Shown here in pieces: positions 47,643-56,844 of a stretch of DNA of 59,145 bases. A program made the position numbers and the translations under genes. The DNA lies in the NCBI GenBank assembly GCA_964624275.1, contig CAZUXP010000003.1, positions 1 through 59,145 of the forward strand. Direction: 5' to 3'. Numbering within the stretch: the first letter of the stretch is position 1; every line of letters starts with the position of its first letter. Source of the DNA: an uncultured Methanosarcinales archaeon (GTDB lineage Archaea; Nanobdellota; Nanobdellia; Woesearchaeales; DATGWN01). The notes under the pieces are model-generated. The model was not told where the DNA came from, searched no databases, and saw only the letters and a list, made by a program, of their open reading frames with translations.

Positions 47643-49571
47643 ATGGAAAAATTTGTATTACATACTGATTTTGATATGCAAGGTGATCAACCTAGTGCAG
47701 TTGAAAAATTAGTTACAGGATTTTTGAAAAATAAGAAGCGTCAAACACTTTTAGGAGTAACAGGAAGTGGAAAGACGCATGCAATGGCTCGAATTATAGA
47801 GGCATTACAAAAACCAACACTGATTTTATCTCATAATAAAACATTAACTGCGCAATTATATGCTGAATTCAAATCTTTTTTTCCACAAAACGCTGTTGAA
47901 TATTTTGTGTCGTATTTTGATTACTATCAACCAGAAAGTTATATTGCGGCAAGTGATACGTATATTGAAAAAGATAGTCAAGTAAATCAACAAATAGAAC
48001 AACTCAGACTCAAAGCAACAATGTCTTTGGCAACACGAAAAGATGTTATTATTGTTTCGTCAATATCTTGTATTTATGGTTTAGGCGATCCTGATGAATT
48101 CAAAGGTTTTTCAGTTTCGTTTTTGGTTGGTCAAAAATTTTCACGAAAAAATATAATTCATGATTTAGTCAAAATGCAATATGAACGAAATGACACAGAT
48201 TTACAACCTGGAAGATTTAGGGTACGCGGTGATGTGATTGATGTTATACCAGGATATGCAAAAAATATTATTCGCATAGAATTATTTGATGATGAAATTG
48301 AATCAATACATGAAGTGCATCCAGTAAATGGAACAAAAATAACTGCATATGAAAATTATCTTATTTTCCCTGCGCGACATTATGTTGTCTCAGATGAAAA
48401 AATACAACGCGCAATTCAATCAATTAAACAAGAGTTGAATGAAACTCTGCCAAATTTAGAACAATTAGAAGCACATCGATTAAAGCAACGAACAAATTAT
48501 GATTTAGAACTTATAAAAGAAATGGGTTTTTGTAATGGAATTGAAAATTATTCTAGACATTTTGATGGACGCAAACCTGGGAGTCCTCCATTTACCTTAA
48601 TTGATTTTTTCCCTGATGATTTTTTAATCATAATTGATGAGTCCCATGTGACAATTCCACAAACGCATGGTATGTATAAAGGAGATAAATCTCGAAAAAA
48701 AAGTTTAATAGATTATGGATTCCGACTTCCAAGTGCGTATGATAATCGTCCGTTGACATTTGAAGAATTTGATGCAAAAATTAATGATGTATTATATGTA
48801 AGTGCAACACCTGCAGATTATGAATTACAAGTAAGTTCACAAATTGCAGAAATGGTTGTGCGACCAACAGGATTAGTAGATCCACCAATAACTGTAAAAC
48901 CAAAAGAGGGTCAAATGGATGATTTGTATGCACAGATAACAAAAACAATTCAAAAAGGTTTTCGAACCTTTGTAACAACGCTTACAAAAAGAATGGCTGA
49001 AAATTTATCTGAATATCTTGCATTAAAAGGATTAAAAGTTCGATATTTACACTCAGAAATTGATACACTTGAGCGAACAGAAATAATTAGACAATTACGA
49101 ATAGGTCAATTTGATGTATTAGTTGGAATAAATTTATTACGAGAAGGTCTTGATGTTCCTGAAGTTGCACTTGTTGCAATACTTGATGCGGATAAAGAAG
49201 GTTTTTTACGAAACACAAAAAGTTTAATTCAAACATGTGGTCGTGCTGCACGTAACTCTGAAGGACGAGTTATTTTTTATGCTGATGAAATGACACAATC
49301 AATAAATCAAACAATTTCTGAAATCAATCGAAGACGCGAAAAACAGATTACGTATAACAAAAAAAATCATATAACGCCAAAAACAATTATAAAAGAAATT
49401 CCACAATCTCAGATAGTTCGAATCAAAGACACAAAGAGTATACCTAACGCACAAATACCTTCGTTGATAAAAGACCTTCAAAAACAAATGGATGAAGCTT
49501 CAGAGAATTTAGAGTTTGAAAAAGCAATTGAGATACGTGATCAAATTTTACAATTAGAAAAAAGATTATAA
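47643..49571 (+). CDS. uvrB: Excinuclease ABC subunit B
   Basis: GVTGSGKT, DESH box (IIDESHVT), YADEMT and a C-terminal UVR domain (FEKAIEIRDQILQLE). Confidence 0.95.
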   Translation: MEKFVLHTDFDMQGDQPSAVEKLVTGFLKNKKRQTLLGVTGSGKTHAMARIIEALQKPTLILSHNKTLTAQLYAEFKSFFPQNAVEYFVSYFDYYQPESYIAASDTYIEKDSQVNQQIEQLRLKATMSLATRKDVIIVSSISCIYGLGDPDEFKGFSVSFLVGQKFSRKNIIHDLVKMQYERNDTDLQPGRFRVRGDVIDVIPGYAKNIIRIELFDDEIESIHEVHPVNGTKITAYENYLIFPARHYVVSDEKIQRAIQSIKQELNETLPNLEQLEAHRLKQRTNYDLELIKEMGFCNGIENYSRHFDGRKPGSPPFTLIDFFPDDFLIIIDESHVTIPQTHGMYKGDKSRKKSLIDYGFRLPSAYDNRPLTFEEFDAKINDVLYVSATPADYELQVSSQIAEMVVRPTGLVDPPITVKPKEGQMDDLYAQITKTIQKGFRTFVTTLTKRMAENLSEYLALKGLKVRYLHSEIDTLERTEIIRQLRIGQFDVLVGINLLREGLDVPEVALVAILDADKEGFLRNTKSLIQTCGRAARNSEGRVIFYADEMTQSINQTISEINRRREKQITYNKKNHITPKTIIKEIPQSQIVRIKDTKSIPNAQIPSLIKDLQKQMDEASENLEFEKAIEIRDQILQLEKRL

Positions 49572-49578
49572 AAAACAT

Positions 49579-49762
49579 AAGTTGCTCGTTTTTATCTGTA
49601 TGTGAATTTATAAGAAATGCTTCCTTAGAATATTATCACAAAAAAAGGTGATCATTGCAGTCTTTTTTTGGTAAAACATCAGCAAGATAATCTCTGATAT
49701 GTTTTTTCCGAAGCACACATTTTATCAATAGGTATATTTTAATATAAAAAAACGAGCAACTT
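49579..49762. repeat. Intergenic element bounded by a perfect 15-bp inverted repeat
   Basis: AAGTTGCTCGTTTTT (49579-49593) and AAAAACGAGCAACTT (49748-49762), 154 nt apart, between convergent genes. Confidence 0.4.
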
Positions 49763-49794
49763 TAGAAATAAGAAAAAAAATAAAAGAAGGAAGA

Positions 49795-50040
49795 TTATTG
49801 TGTTTCTTCTTCTTTTTTTTGCATTTCTTCGTACGCTTTGAGTTGTTCTTCTTGAACTGTTTGTATTTTTTGCTCTAACGCTTCTTTAGAAATAATTTTT
49901 TCATCGATTAATAAAGAAATTAATGTATTAATCATAAAATGATTATTGTATGCAATTTCCTCAATTTGTGGTTGTTTATGGTCGTGATTACAGTTACCAC
50001 TTCCACAACATTGTTTTTCTTGTGTTTTTTCTTCTGTCAT
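49795..50040 (-). CDS. Small hypothetical protein with an N-terminal Cys/His cluster and an acidic coiled tail
   Basis: CCGSGNCNHDH. The ATG at 50040 is preceded by AGGTGA; the track used an upstream GTG. Confidence 0.4.
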   Translation of the reverse strand: MTEEKTQEKQCCGSGNCNHDHKQPQIEEIAYNNHFMINTLISLLIDEKIISKEALEQKIQTVQEEQLKAYEEMQKKEEETQ

Positions 50041-50097
50041 TATTTTCACCTTTTGTGTTGTAGCATAAAATGAAAAAAAGAGATGAACTCTTTTTTC

Positions 50098-52254
50098 TTA
50101 ATTCAAACCTTTTCGTTGTTTGATTTGTTGCACAACTTTTTGTTGAAGCTCTTCAGGTAGTTTTTCAAATGCTTGATCAACTAATGAACTTGTTCCACGT
50201 CCGCCCGTTGCACTTCGTAAATCATTTGATAATCCAAACATTTCGCCAACAGGCATTTTTGCTCGAACTTCAACTACAGCGTTTTTAGATTCCATATCAA
50301 GTAATTGACCTCGTTTGTTTGAAACAAGTTTTGAAATCTCTCCCATATATTCTTCAGGTGCTGTGAATAAAATAGTTTGTACTGGTTCATACAATACTGG
50401 ATTTGCAGTACTCATTGTTGCTCGAATACCGTCTCGAACTGCAGGATACATCTGCGCTGGTCCTCTGTGAATTGCATCTTCGTGTAATTTACAATCAACA
50501 AGTGTGATTTTTACTCCAATACATGGTTCGTTTGCTACGGGACCTTTTTTCATTACATCCTCAAACATATCTAAACAGAGTTCCATAATTTCATTGATTT
50601 GAACAATACCTCGTGTTCCATCAACAAACATATTTCCATTTATTACTGCTTTAATTTTTTCAGCTTCTTTTGTATCCATACCTGCATCAATAAATTTTTG
50701 TCTGAGTTCAAGATCTTTTTTCTTGTATCGTTCTTGTGGAATATGTCCTGTTTTAATTAAATCATTTAATTCTTGTGTTAATGGTTCACAGGTAAAGTAC
50801 AATTTATTGTGCTTATTTGGTGTTTTACCTTCAGCAACTTCTCCTGTTTTTGTAATCGCTTCACGATATACAACAATTGGTGGTGAAGTTCGAACCTTCA
50901 TATGTTTTTCTGTAACAATACGGTTTTCAATAATTTCTAGATGCAGTTCTCCCATACCTGAAAGTAAATGTTCACCTGTTTCTTCGTTGATTTGAATACT
51001 AATACTTGGATCTTCTTTATTTACTTGCTTTAAGACCTCAATAAGTTTAGGTAAATCTGCAGAGTTTTCGGCTTCAATTGCTTTTGTGATTACGGGATCA
51101 AAGATGTGTTTGAGTTCTTCAAATGGTTCAGTTTCAACTGACGAAATAGTATCCCCTGGAAATGATTTTAATCCTGCTACTCCAATGATATTTCCTGCAA
51201 CTGCTTGTTCGATAATTTCACGTTTTGCTCCGTTTCGAACAAAGATTTGCTGTACTCTTCCTTGTTGACCTGGTGTACTGCTTTGAAACATACTCATACC
51301 TTTTTTGATTGTTCCACCAAACATTCGACCTGTTGCAATTTCACCTGCTTGTGGATCAACTTCAATTTTTGTAACAACAAAAACAGTTGGTCCTTTTGGA
51401 TCGCATTCTAATAATGATTTTCCTACAGGTGATTCATGTTCACCATGCCAAAGTCTTGGGATACGATATTTTTGCGCATTTGTTGGTTTTGGTAAATGAT
51501 CAATTACGGCGTTTAACACACATTCATGAATTGGTGCTCGTTGTTGTAATTCTTTATATGCATCACCACCTTTGTCGTAGTAATCAATGACATCTTTAAA
51601 CGAAATACCTTTTTCTTTCATAAATGGTATTGATAACGCCCAATTATGATATGCAGAACCAAATAATACTGAACCATCAGCAACACTTACTTGAAATTTT
51701 TCAGCGTATTCTTTTTCAGCAATTTGTCTAATGAGTTTATTTACACTTGTAATAACTCCAACGAATCGTTCTTGCATTGCTTCTGGTGTTAATTTTAATT
51801 CTTTAATTAACCTATCAACCTTATTGATGAACAAAATTGGTTTCACTCGTTCTTTTAGTGCTTGGCGTAAAACTGTTTCAGTCTGTGGCATAATTCCCTC
51901 AACTGCACAACTTAATGTGATTGCTCCATCAACTGCTCTCATTGCTCGAGTTACGTCACCACCAAAATCAACGTGACCTGGTGTATCAATTAAATTAATT
52001 AAAAACTCACTTCCTCTATGTTTGTGCAACATCGAAACGGATGCGGCATCAATTGTAATTCCCCGTTCTTGCTCATCTGCGTGAAAATCTAATTGTCGCG
52101 CTTGACCTGCTAATTCTCCACTCATCATACCTGCTCCAAAAAGCAAGTTATCAGAAAATGTTGTTTTTCCGTGATCGATGTGCGCACAAATTGCAATATT
52201 TCGGATATTGTCTGGCTTATCCATAGCCTTCATAATTAAATCTGCTTTTCCCAT
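50098..52254 (-). CDS. fusA: Translation elongation factor aEF-2
   Basis: AHIDHGKTT and DTPGH motifs. Diphthamide-site region HEDAIHRGPAQ. Confidence 0.95.
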   Translation of the reverse strand: MGKADLIMKAMDKPDNIRNIAICAHIDHGKTTFSDNLLFGAGMMSGELAGQARQLDFHADEQERGITIDAASVSMLHKHRGSEFLINLIDTPGHVDFGGDVTRAMRAVDGAITLSCAVEGIMPQTETVLRQALKERVKPILFINKVDRLIKELKLTPEAMQERFVGVITSVNKLIRQIAEKEYAEKFQVSVADGSVLFGSAYHNWALSIPFMKEKGISFKDVIDYYDKGGDAYKELQQRAPIHECVLNAVIDHLPKPTNAQKYRIPRLWHGEHESPVGKSLLECDPKGPTVFVVTKIEVDPQAGEIATGRMFGGTIKKGMSMFQSSTPGQQGRVQQIFVRNGAKREIIEQAVAGNIIGVAGLKSFPGDTISSVETEPFEELKHIFDPVITKAIEAENSADLPKLIEVLKQVNKEDPSISIQINEETGEHLLSGMGELHLEIIENRIVTEKHMKVRTSPPIVVYREAITKTGEVAEGKTPNKHNKLYFTCEPLTQELNDLIKTGHIPQERYKKKDLELRQKFIDAGMDTKEAEKIKAVINGNMFVDGTRGIVQINEIMELCLDMFEDVMKKGPVANEPCIGVKITLVDCKLHEDAIHRGPAQMYPAVRDGIRATMSTANPVLYEPVQTILFTAPEEYMGEISKLVSNKRGQLLDMESKNAVVEVRAKMPVGEMFGLSNDLRSATGGRGTSSLVDQAFEKLPEELQQKVVQQIKQRKGLN

Positions 52255-52257
52255 TTT

Positions 52258-52827
52258 CTATCTCCCGTATAATAATTCTTCATCTATTCTTTTCCAGTCG
52301 TGTAAATCATTTTGTTCAAACCAAATTGCAATTTCTCTTTTTGCTTCAGAAAGTGAAGAAGAAGCGTGAATAAGATTTTGCAATGGACGCTTTTTCATAT
52401 CAGCTAATAGGTATGTATCAAACGAATAATCTCCGCGAATTGTTCCTGGAGGTGAATCTTGAGGACTTGTTTCACCGACAAGTTTTCGTACATGTAAGAT
52501 CGCATTATGACCAGTTATAACGAGTGCAATTATTGGACTTGACATTAAAAATGAAATAAGGTTTCCTCGAACAATTTCTCCAAGTTCTTTATTTGTTTTA
52601 TCAACACTTAAACCTTTTTTCTCATAACTTGTTCGTTGTTTTTCTCCAACTGAATTAAGCCATTCTTCATCATCAGCATAGTGATTACCAGCTATTTGTT
52701 CGTTTGGCATAACCATTTTGAGTCCTGTTATTTTAAGACCGCACTTTTCAAAACGCGTTATAATCTCACCAATAATTCCTCGTTGTACTGCATCAGGTTT
52801 TATTAAAACTAGCGTATCTTCCATCAT
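52258..52827 (-). CDS. ndk: Nucleoside diphosphate kinase, longer than typical
   Basis: [22 protein letters not shown] and NLIHAS (active-site His). An insertion brings it to 189 aa. Confidence 0.88.
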   Translation of the reverse strand: MMEDTLVLIKPDAVQRGIIGEIITRFEKCGLKITGLKMVMPNEQIAGNHYADDEEWLNSVGEKQRTSYEKKGLSVDKTNKELGEIVRGNLISFLMSSPIIALVITGHNAILHVRKLVGETSPQDSPPGTIRGDYSFDTYLLADMKKRPLQNLIHASSSLSEAKREIAIWFEQNDLHDWKRIDEELLYGR

Positions 52828-53015
52828 TTTTTCTGTTGTGACTTTTCCTCTTTAAAACTTTCAGTCCACTTTGTTGTTCGTGGTTTTCTATTTAACTCAA
52901 GCATGTTTTTTTCTGCTTTTCTATCTGCAAAATATAATACACGCCCATCTTTTTTCACATACATTATTCCTTTTCCAGGTGCGATTTCTTTTCCGCTAAA
53001 ACTACATTTTACCAT
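52824..53015 (-). CDS. rpl24e: Ribosomal protein eL24 (L24e)
   Basis: [26 protein letters not shown]. Confidence 0.9.
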   Translation of the reverse strand: MVKCSFSGKEIAPGKGIMYVKKDGRVLYFADRKAEKNMLELNRKPRTTKWTESFKEEKSQQKK

Positions 53016-53020
53016 TTTTT

Positions 53021-53275
53021 TTACCTTGAGAGAGGTCTTGCCTCAATTTCTGTTTCTCGAAGCATTAATGTATCGCCTAATTTTGTTGGACCTTTTACAT
53101 TTCTTCGAATAATTTTGTTTTTATCACGACCTTCTAAAACTTTCACGCGGACTTGTGTTGCTTCGCCCCGAGTTCCTGTTCGTCCGATAATTTCTTCAAC
53201 TGTTGCTGGAACTGCTGGTGAAAATGTAACTCCTCCTCCACTTTTCTGTTCCTTTTTTGAATCTTGTTTAGCCAT
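53021..53275 (-). CDS. rps28e: Ribosomal protein eS28 (S28e)
   Basis: [38 protein letters not shown]. Confidence 0.9.
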   Translation of the reverse strand: MAKQDSKKEQKSGGGVTFSPAVPATVEEIIGRTGTRGEATQVRVKVLEGRDKNKIIRRNVKGPTKLGDTLMLRETEIEARPLSR

Positions 53276-53283
53276 TTTTCCCT

Positions 53284-53628
53284 CTATTGAACACTATCCA
53301 AGAATTTTTTTAAATCGTCTTTTGCGTTTCCTTCATCAGTAATTGCAACTGCTGTTGTTCCAACAGATAAACCTGCTGCTGTACCTAATTCTTCTTTTGA
53401 TCCACCTGCAAAACATGCGATATTTTTTTCTTCACAAATAAGTGGAATGTGCATGACAATTTCAGCTGGGCTGACATCATTTGCAACAATGATAACTTTT
53501 GCACTTGCGCGTTCAGCTGCTTTTGTAACTTCATTCGTTCCTTTTTTGAGTTTACCGTTTTGTTTTACAACTTCGATAATTCGAAGTAATTCTTCAGTTT
53601 GTTCTGGTTGTAATTCTTTTTTAGCCAT
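53284..53628 (-). CDS. rpl7ae: Ribosomal protein eL8/L7Ae (K-turn-binding)
   Basis: [43 protein letters not shown]. Confidence 0.92.
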   Translation of the reverse strand: MAKKELQPEQTEELLRIIEVVKQNGKLKKGTNEVTKAAERASAKVIIVANDVSPAEIVMHIPLICEEKNIACFAGGSKEELGTAAGLSVGTTAVAITDEGNAKDDLKKFLDSVQ

Positions 53629-53684
53629 TTTCTTTGTATTTCACCGTTTTCTACTCGATGATGATTGTGAGAAGTGTTCTACCT

Positions 53685-53719
53685 CACTCAATTCAGCGTT
53701 TATACTGAATATCAATGTG
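53685..53719 (-). promoter_or_regulatory. K-turn-like hairpin in the L7Ae 5' leader
   Basis: Minus strand 5'-CAC AUU GA U AUUCAG-UAUAAACG-CUGAAU U GA GUG-3'. That is a 3-bp C-stem, a 3-nt bulge, tandem G.A/A.G, U.U and a 6-bp stem-loop. It ends 57 nt upstream of the ATG. Confidence 0.5.
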
Positions 53720-53746
53720 TCATCGGTATAGTTTTGAATAGGCGAG

Positions 53747-53760
53747 TTATTTATAAATAT
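53747..53760 (-). promoter_or_regulatory. TATA-like box for the L7Ae operon
   Basis: ATATTTATAAATAA on the minus strand, ending ~28 nt upstream of the K-turn hairpin start (centre ~35 nt). Confidence 0.3.
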
Positions 53761-53781
53761 ATTGGTTTCATTTTAGCAAGG

Positions 53782-53791
53782 TTTTTAAATA
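53782..53791 (+). promoter_or_regulatory. TATA-like box for tRNA-Ile
   Basis: TTTTTAAATA centred about 25 nt upstream of the tRNA 5' end. Confidence 0.4.
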
Positions 53792-53811
53792 ACCATCTTT
53801 TCAAACACTTT

Positions 53812-53916
53812 GAGCCATTAGCTTAGTCTGGTGGAGCGCTGGTCTTATATGACCGTGTTTCACGACACTTCTAGGACAGCCAGTGGTCCGGGGTTCAAAT
53901 CCCCGATGGCTCACCA
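53812..53916 (+). tRNA. Intron-containing tRNA-Ile (anticodon UAU), CCA encoded
   Basis: Acceptor GAGCCAT/ATGGCTC and T arm CGGGG-TTCAAAT-CCCCG. The anticodon stem CTGGT/GCCAG is split by a 28-nt intron with a canonical BHB fold. The spliced loop is CUUAUAA. Confidence 0.85.
53850..53877 (+). other. tRNA intron at the canonical 37/38 position
   Basis: Central 4-bp helix 53844-53847/53872-53875 is flanked by 3-nt bulges 53848-53850 and 53876-53878. Inner hairpin CGTG-TTT-CACG. Confidence 0.8.
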
Positions 53917-54028
53917 TTTTAGGGATTTGAACATTCTTTGACACAATCTGTATGTCGAAACTATATTGGAATGAGTTTTTCACAACTTTTATAATTAGGT
54001 ATATTTTCTTATTCATTTAGGTGATATA

Positions 54029-54457
54029 ATGTTATCAAAATCAATAGATGATAAAGTAAAATATACTGAAGGTTCAGTAGGTGTAGCGAGATTTTTAAAA
54101 CAAAGAGGCTATGAATTAGCAAATTCAAATGGTTATAAGCAAGATGAACCTAGCCAAGATGTAGTTGGTATTTTAAAACCACGAGAACCTATTTCGCATC
54201 AATTTTTAGGATTTAAATGGGATAGTGAACAAAGTGCATTATATATTGGCAGATTGTGGTTAGAAAATTTGCGTGAAGGTGCAACACTCGAAAATAAATG
54301 GGTGTTAGAAGTTTATGGGCGAGCTCATGTTTTAGAATTAAGTGAAGTTGCAAAAGATCTTGCAAAAGAATATGAAATAGGACTTGATATAAAACTTAGA
54401 CGAGAACTTCCATATGTTGAAAGTAAAAGAGATGATGACTTTTCGGGTGATTATTAG
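54029..54457 (+). CDS. Hypothetical protein
   Basis: 142-aa ORF preceded by AGGTGA. No recognisable motif. Confidence 0.45.
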   Translation: MLSKSIDDKVKYTEGSVGVARFLKQRGYELANSNGYKQDEPSQDVVGILKPREPISHQFLGFKWDSEQSALYIGRLWLENLREGATLENKWVLEVYGRAHVLELSEVAKDLAKEYEIGLDIKLRRELPYVESKRDDDFSGDY

Positions 54458-54610
54458 AAGGTTACACATTTAAATTTATTCTAGTTTCTTTTATCTTGTT
54501 TTTTGTATTGCTTATATGCTGAGTTATACGATAGAAAAAATATATTATTATTTTGATTATCTTCTAAATATTATATTTTAAATAAAAAAAGAAAAACACA
54601 AACTGTGTTT

Positions 54611-55318
54611 CTAATTAAAAATACTCGTAATAAAATCTAAATTTGCAACATACACTAGATTCTGTGTTAAAATTAATGCACCTAAGAGTATTAAAAAGAT
54701 TGCAACAGTTGCATTAAAATATTTATACCAAGGACCCATTTTTTTTAAAAGTGATATTGCTTGCGTGGAAAATGCTCCAACAAGTAAAAATGGGATTCCT
54801 AAGCCCAATGCATAGGCAAGCAACAAGATAAAACTTAAACCTGGTTGTGTTGCTGCTATTGTTAACACACTTGCTAAAATTATACCAACACAGGGACTCC
54901 AACCTAATGCAAATGCTGCGCCAAAAACAAAACTTGTTAGATAATTCGATTTATATCGCTTTTTTGGTGTTATCTTGTATTCTTTTTGCAAAAATTTCGG
55001 TCGATAATTGGAGAGTAAATACAAACCAAATAAAATAATTATTACGCCACCAATTCGTGCAAACCATGTTTGTGCATCATATGCAATAGTTGTTAAAAAA
55101 GCATTTAATAAAACACCGACTATTGCAAAAATAAAGGTAAATCCTAAAACATAAAATACAGTGTTTATAAATAAATATAATCGATCTGATTTTGTGTTTG
55201 AATTAGGACTAATCCCTGCTAAATACCCTAAAAATCCTGGTATGAGTGGTAAGATACATGGACTTACAAAAGAAAGAAGTCCTGCAAAAAACACTGCGAT
55301 TATTGTCACCTCACTCAT
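54611..55318 (-). CDS. ccdA: CcdA/DsbD-family thiol-disulfide electron transporter
   Basis: LLSFVSPCILPLIPGF and GWSPCVG (two conserved Cys). The start at 55318 (MSEV) abuts the thioredoxin stop; an alternative ATG lies at 55348. Confidence 0.85.
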   Translation of the reverse strand: MSEVTIIAVFFAGLLSFVSPCILPLIPGFLGYLAGISPNSNTKSDRLYLFINTVFYVLGFTFIFAIVGVLLNAFLTTIAYDAQTWFARIGGVIIILFGLYLLSNYRPKFLQKEYKITPKKRYKSNYLTSFVFGAAFALGWSPCVGIILASVLTIAATQPGLSFILLLAYALGLGIPFLLVGAFSTQAISLLKKMGPWYKYFNATVAIFLILLGALILTQNLVYVANLDFITSIFN

Positions 55319-55319
55319 C

Positions 55320-55778
55320 TTATTGACCGATTTCTTGGATTTTTGCATTCCATTGTTCTAATGACCAATGCCCAACAATTTTTTCAGGTTCTTGATTTGG
55401 TCTAAGGATGATTTTTGTTCCTTGGGAAGTTATACCAAACTCACGTGCTAAATCTTCTTCAAAACTTGTTGTGTCTGATGAACGATATGAAACTTCAAAT
55501 CCGTTTATTGCTGTTTCTTGTGTAAATGCTTGATTTACTGCAGGTCTTTCTTGAGCGCAATTTGGACACCAATCAGCATAGAAATTTAAAATCACTACTT
55601 CATCACTATCTAATACTTCTTGATAGAGCTCTTGTGTTATTCTTTGATAAGAAGAATCTTCAAAAGATGTTTCTTCAAAATTTTGTTGTGTTTTTGTGGT
55701 CTGGCTTTGGGGTACTGTACATGCTGTGAGAAAAACAGCAAAAATTATCAGTACTGCGATTAATATTTTTTGTTTCAT
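55320..55778 (-). CDS. Exported thioredoxin-like lipoprotein
   Basis: WCPNC active site. Signal with lipobox-like LTAC. Confidence 0.8.
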   Translation of the reverse strand: MKQKILIAVLIIFAVFLTACTVPQSQTTKTQQNFEETSFEDSSYQRITQELYQEVLDSDEVVILNFYADWCPNCAQERPAVNQAFTQETAINGFEVSYRSSDTTSFEEDLAREFGITSQGTKIILRPNQEPEKIVGHWSLEQWNAKIQEIGQ

Positions 55779-55908
55779 TGTATATAACCTCGTTTTAAGG
55801 ACATATTTGAATATTCATTTATATATATTGTAAAAAAACACTTAAAAACAGTTCAAAATTACTGTAAACAAAAAACTATATATATAACCGAATTCAAGTA
55901 TATATTTT

Positions 55909-56844
55909 ATGAGTCACAAACCTGTTCAAAACACATTATTCGGACGGGATATTATTTCTATTACAGAATTAGATAAATGTACTATACTCAAAATTTTAGA
56001 TAAGGCACAAGTTTGTGAAAAATCAACTCAGCCCGTGTTATCTGATAAACTCATTGCAACACTCTTTTTTGAACCTTCAACTCGAACTCGTTTGAGTTTT
56101 GAAAGTGCAGCTCAGCGTTTAGGTTCAAAAATATTAGGTTTTTCTGATTCAGTAAACACATCAACATCAAAAGGTGAATCTTTATCTGATACAATTCGAA
56201 TGGTGAGTTCGTATGCAGATGCAATCATACTCCGTCATAAATTAGAAGGTTCAGCTCGTCGAGCATCTGAAGTATCTTCTGTTCCCATTATCAATGCAGG
56301 AGATGGTTCAAACCAACATCCAACTCAAACTCTACTTGATTTATATGCGATAGTAAAGACACAAGGTTCTTTACACGGTAAAAAAATTGCTATAGTTGGC
56401 GATTTAAAGTATGGTCGAACAGCTCATTCTTTGGCATATGCGTTATCATTATTTGAGTGTTCATTGTATTTTATTGCACCAAAAGGATTGGAAATGCCTC
56501 AATATATTTGCGATGAATTAGCTGAGAATAAATGTTCGGTTACCGTTTGTGATTCGTTTGAAGAAATTTTACCTAAATTAGATATTTTATATATGACTCG
56601 AATTCAAAAAGAGCGTTTTGTTGATGAATATGAATATGATAAAATTAAATATTCGTTTCGATTAGAGAAAAAACACCTTGCTTCTGTAAAAGATTCGTTT
56701 AAAATTTTACATCCGCTTCCACGTGTTGATGAAATTCATACAAATGTTGATGATACCCAATATGCGCATTATTTTCAACAGGCAGCTGATGGAGTATATG
56801 TTCGTGAAGCGCTCTTAGGTTTACTATTAGGAGGGTTTGAATGA
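55909..56844 (+). CDS. pyrB: Aspartate carbamoyltransferase catalytic subunit
   Basis: STRTR, HPTQ and HPLPR motifs. Confidence 0.95.
   Translation: MSHKPVQNTLFGRDIISITELDKCTILKILDKAQVCEKSTQPVLSDKLIATLFFEPSTRTRLSFESAAQRLGSKILGFSDSVNTSTSKGESLSDTIRMVSSYADAIILRHKLEGSARRASEVSSVPIINAGDGSNQHPTQTLLDLYAIVKTQGSLHGKKIAIVGDLKYGRTAHSLAYALSLFECSLYFIAPKGLEMPQYICDELAENKCSVTVCDSFEEILPKLDILYMTRIQKERFVDEYEYDKIKYSFRLEKKHLASVKDSFKILHPLPRVDEIHTNVDDTQYAHYFQQAADGVYVREALLGLLLGGFE

Noticed and set aside
50723-51976. Several 60-90-aa plus-strand ORFs antisense to aEF-2. Similar antisense ORFs lie inside the permease, arlJ, polB, the NTase gene, pyrG and the beta-propeller gene.
   Set aside because: All lie fully inside long, motif-supported genes on the opposite strand and have low-complexity composition typical of AT-rich antisense frames.
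53658-53708. Plus-strand box C/D sRNA reading: perfect C box AUGAUGA at 53658-53664 and D box CUGA at 53705-53708, exactly 40 nt apart
   Set aside because: No acceptable D'/C' boxes at the expected internal positions, and no terminal stem. The CUGA is better explained as part of the K-turn hairpin on the opposite strand in the L7Ae leader. An Infernal/snoscan run could revisit this.
53801-54016. 71-aa minus-strand ORF from the six-frame track
   Set aside because: It is laid directly over the intron-containing tRNA-Ile (53812-53916). Its peptide (…RGFEPRTTGC…) is simply the translated T-arm/acceptor sequence, so it is spurious.
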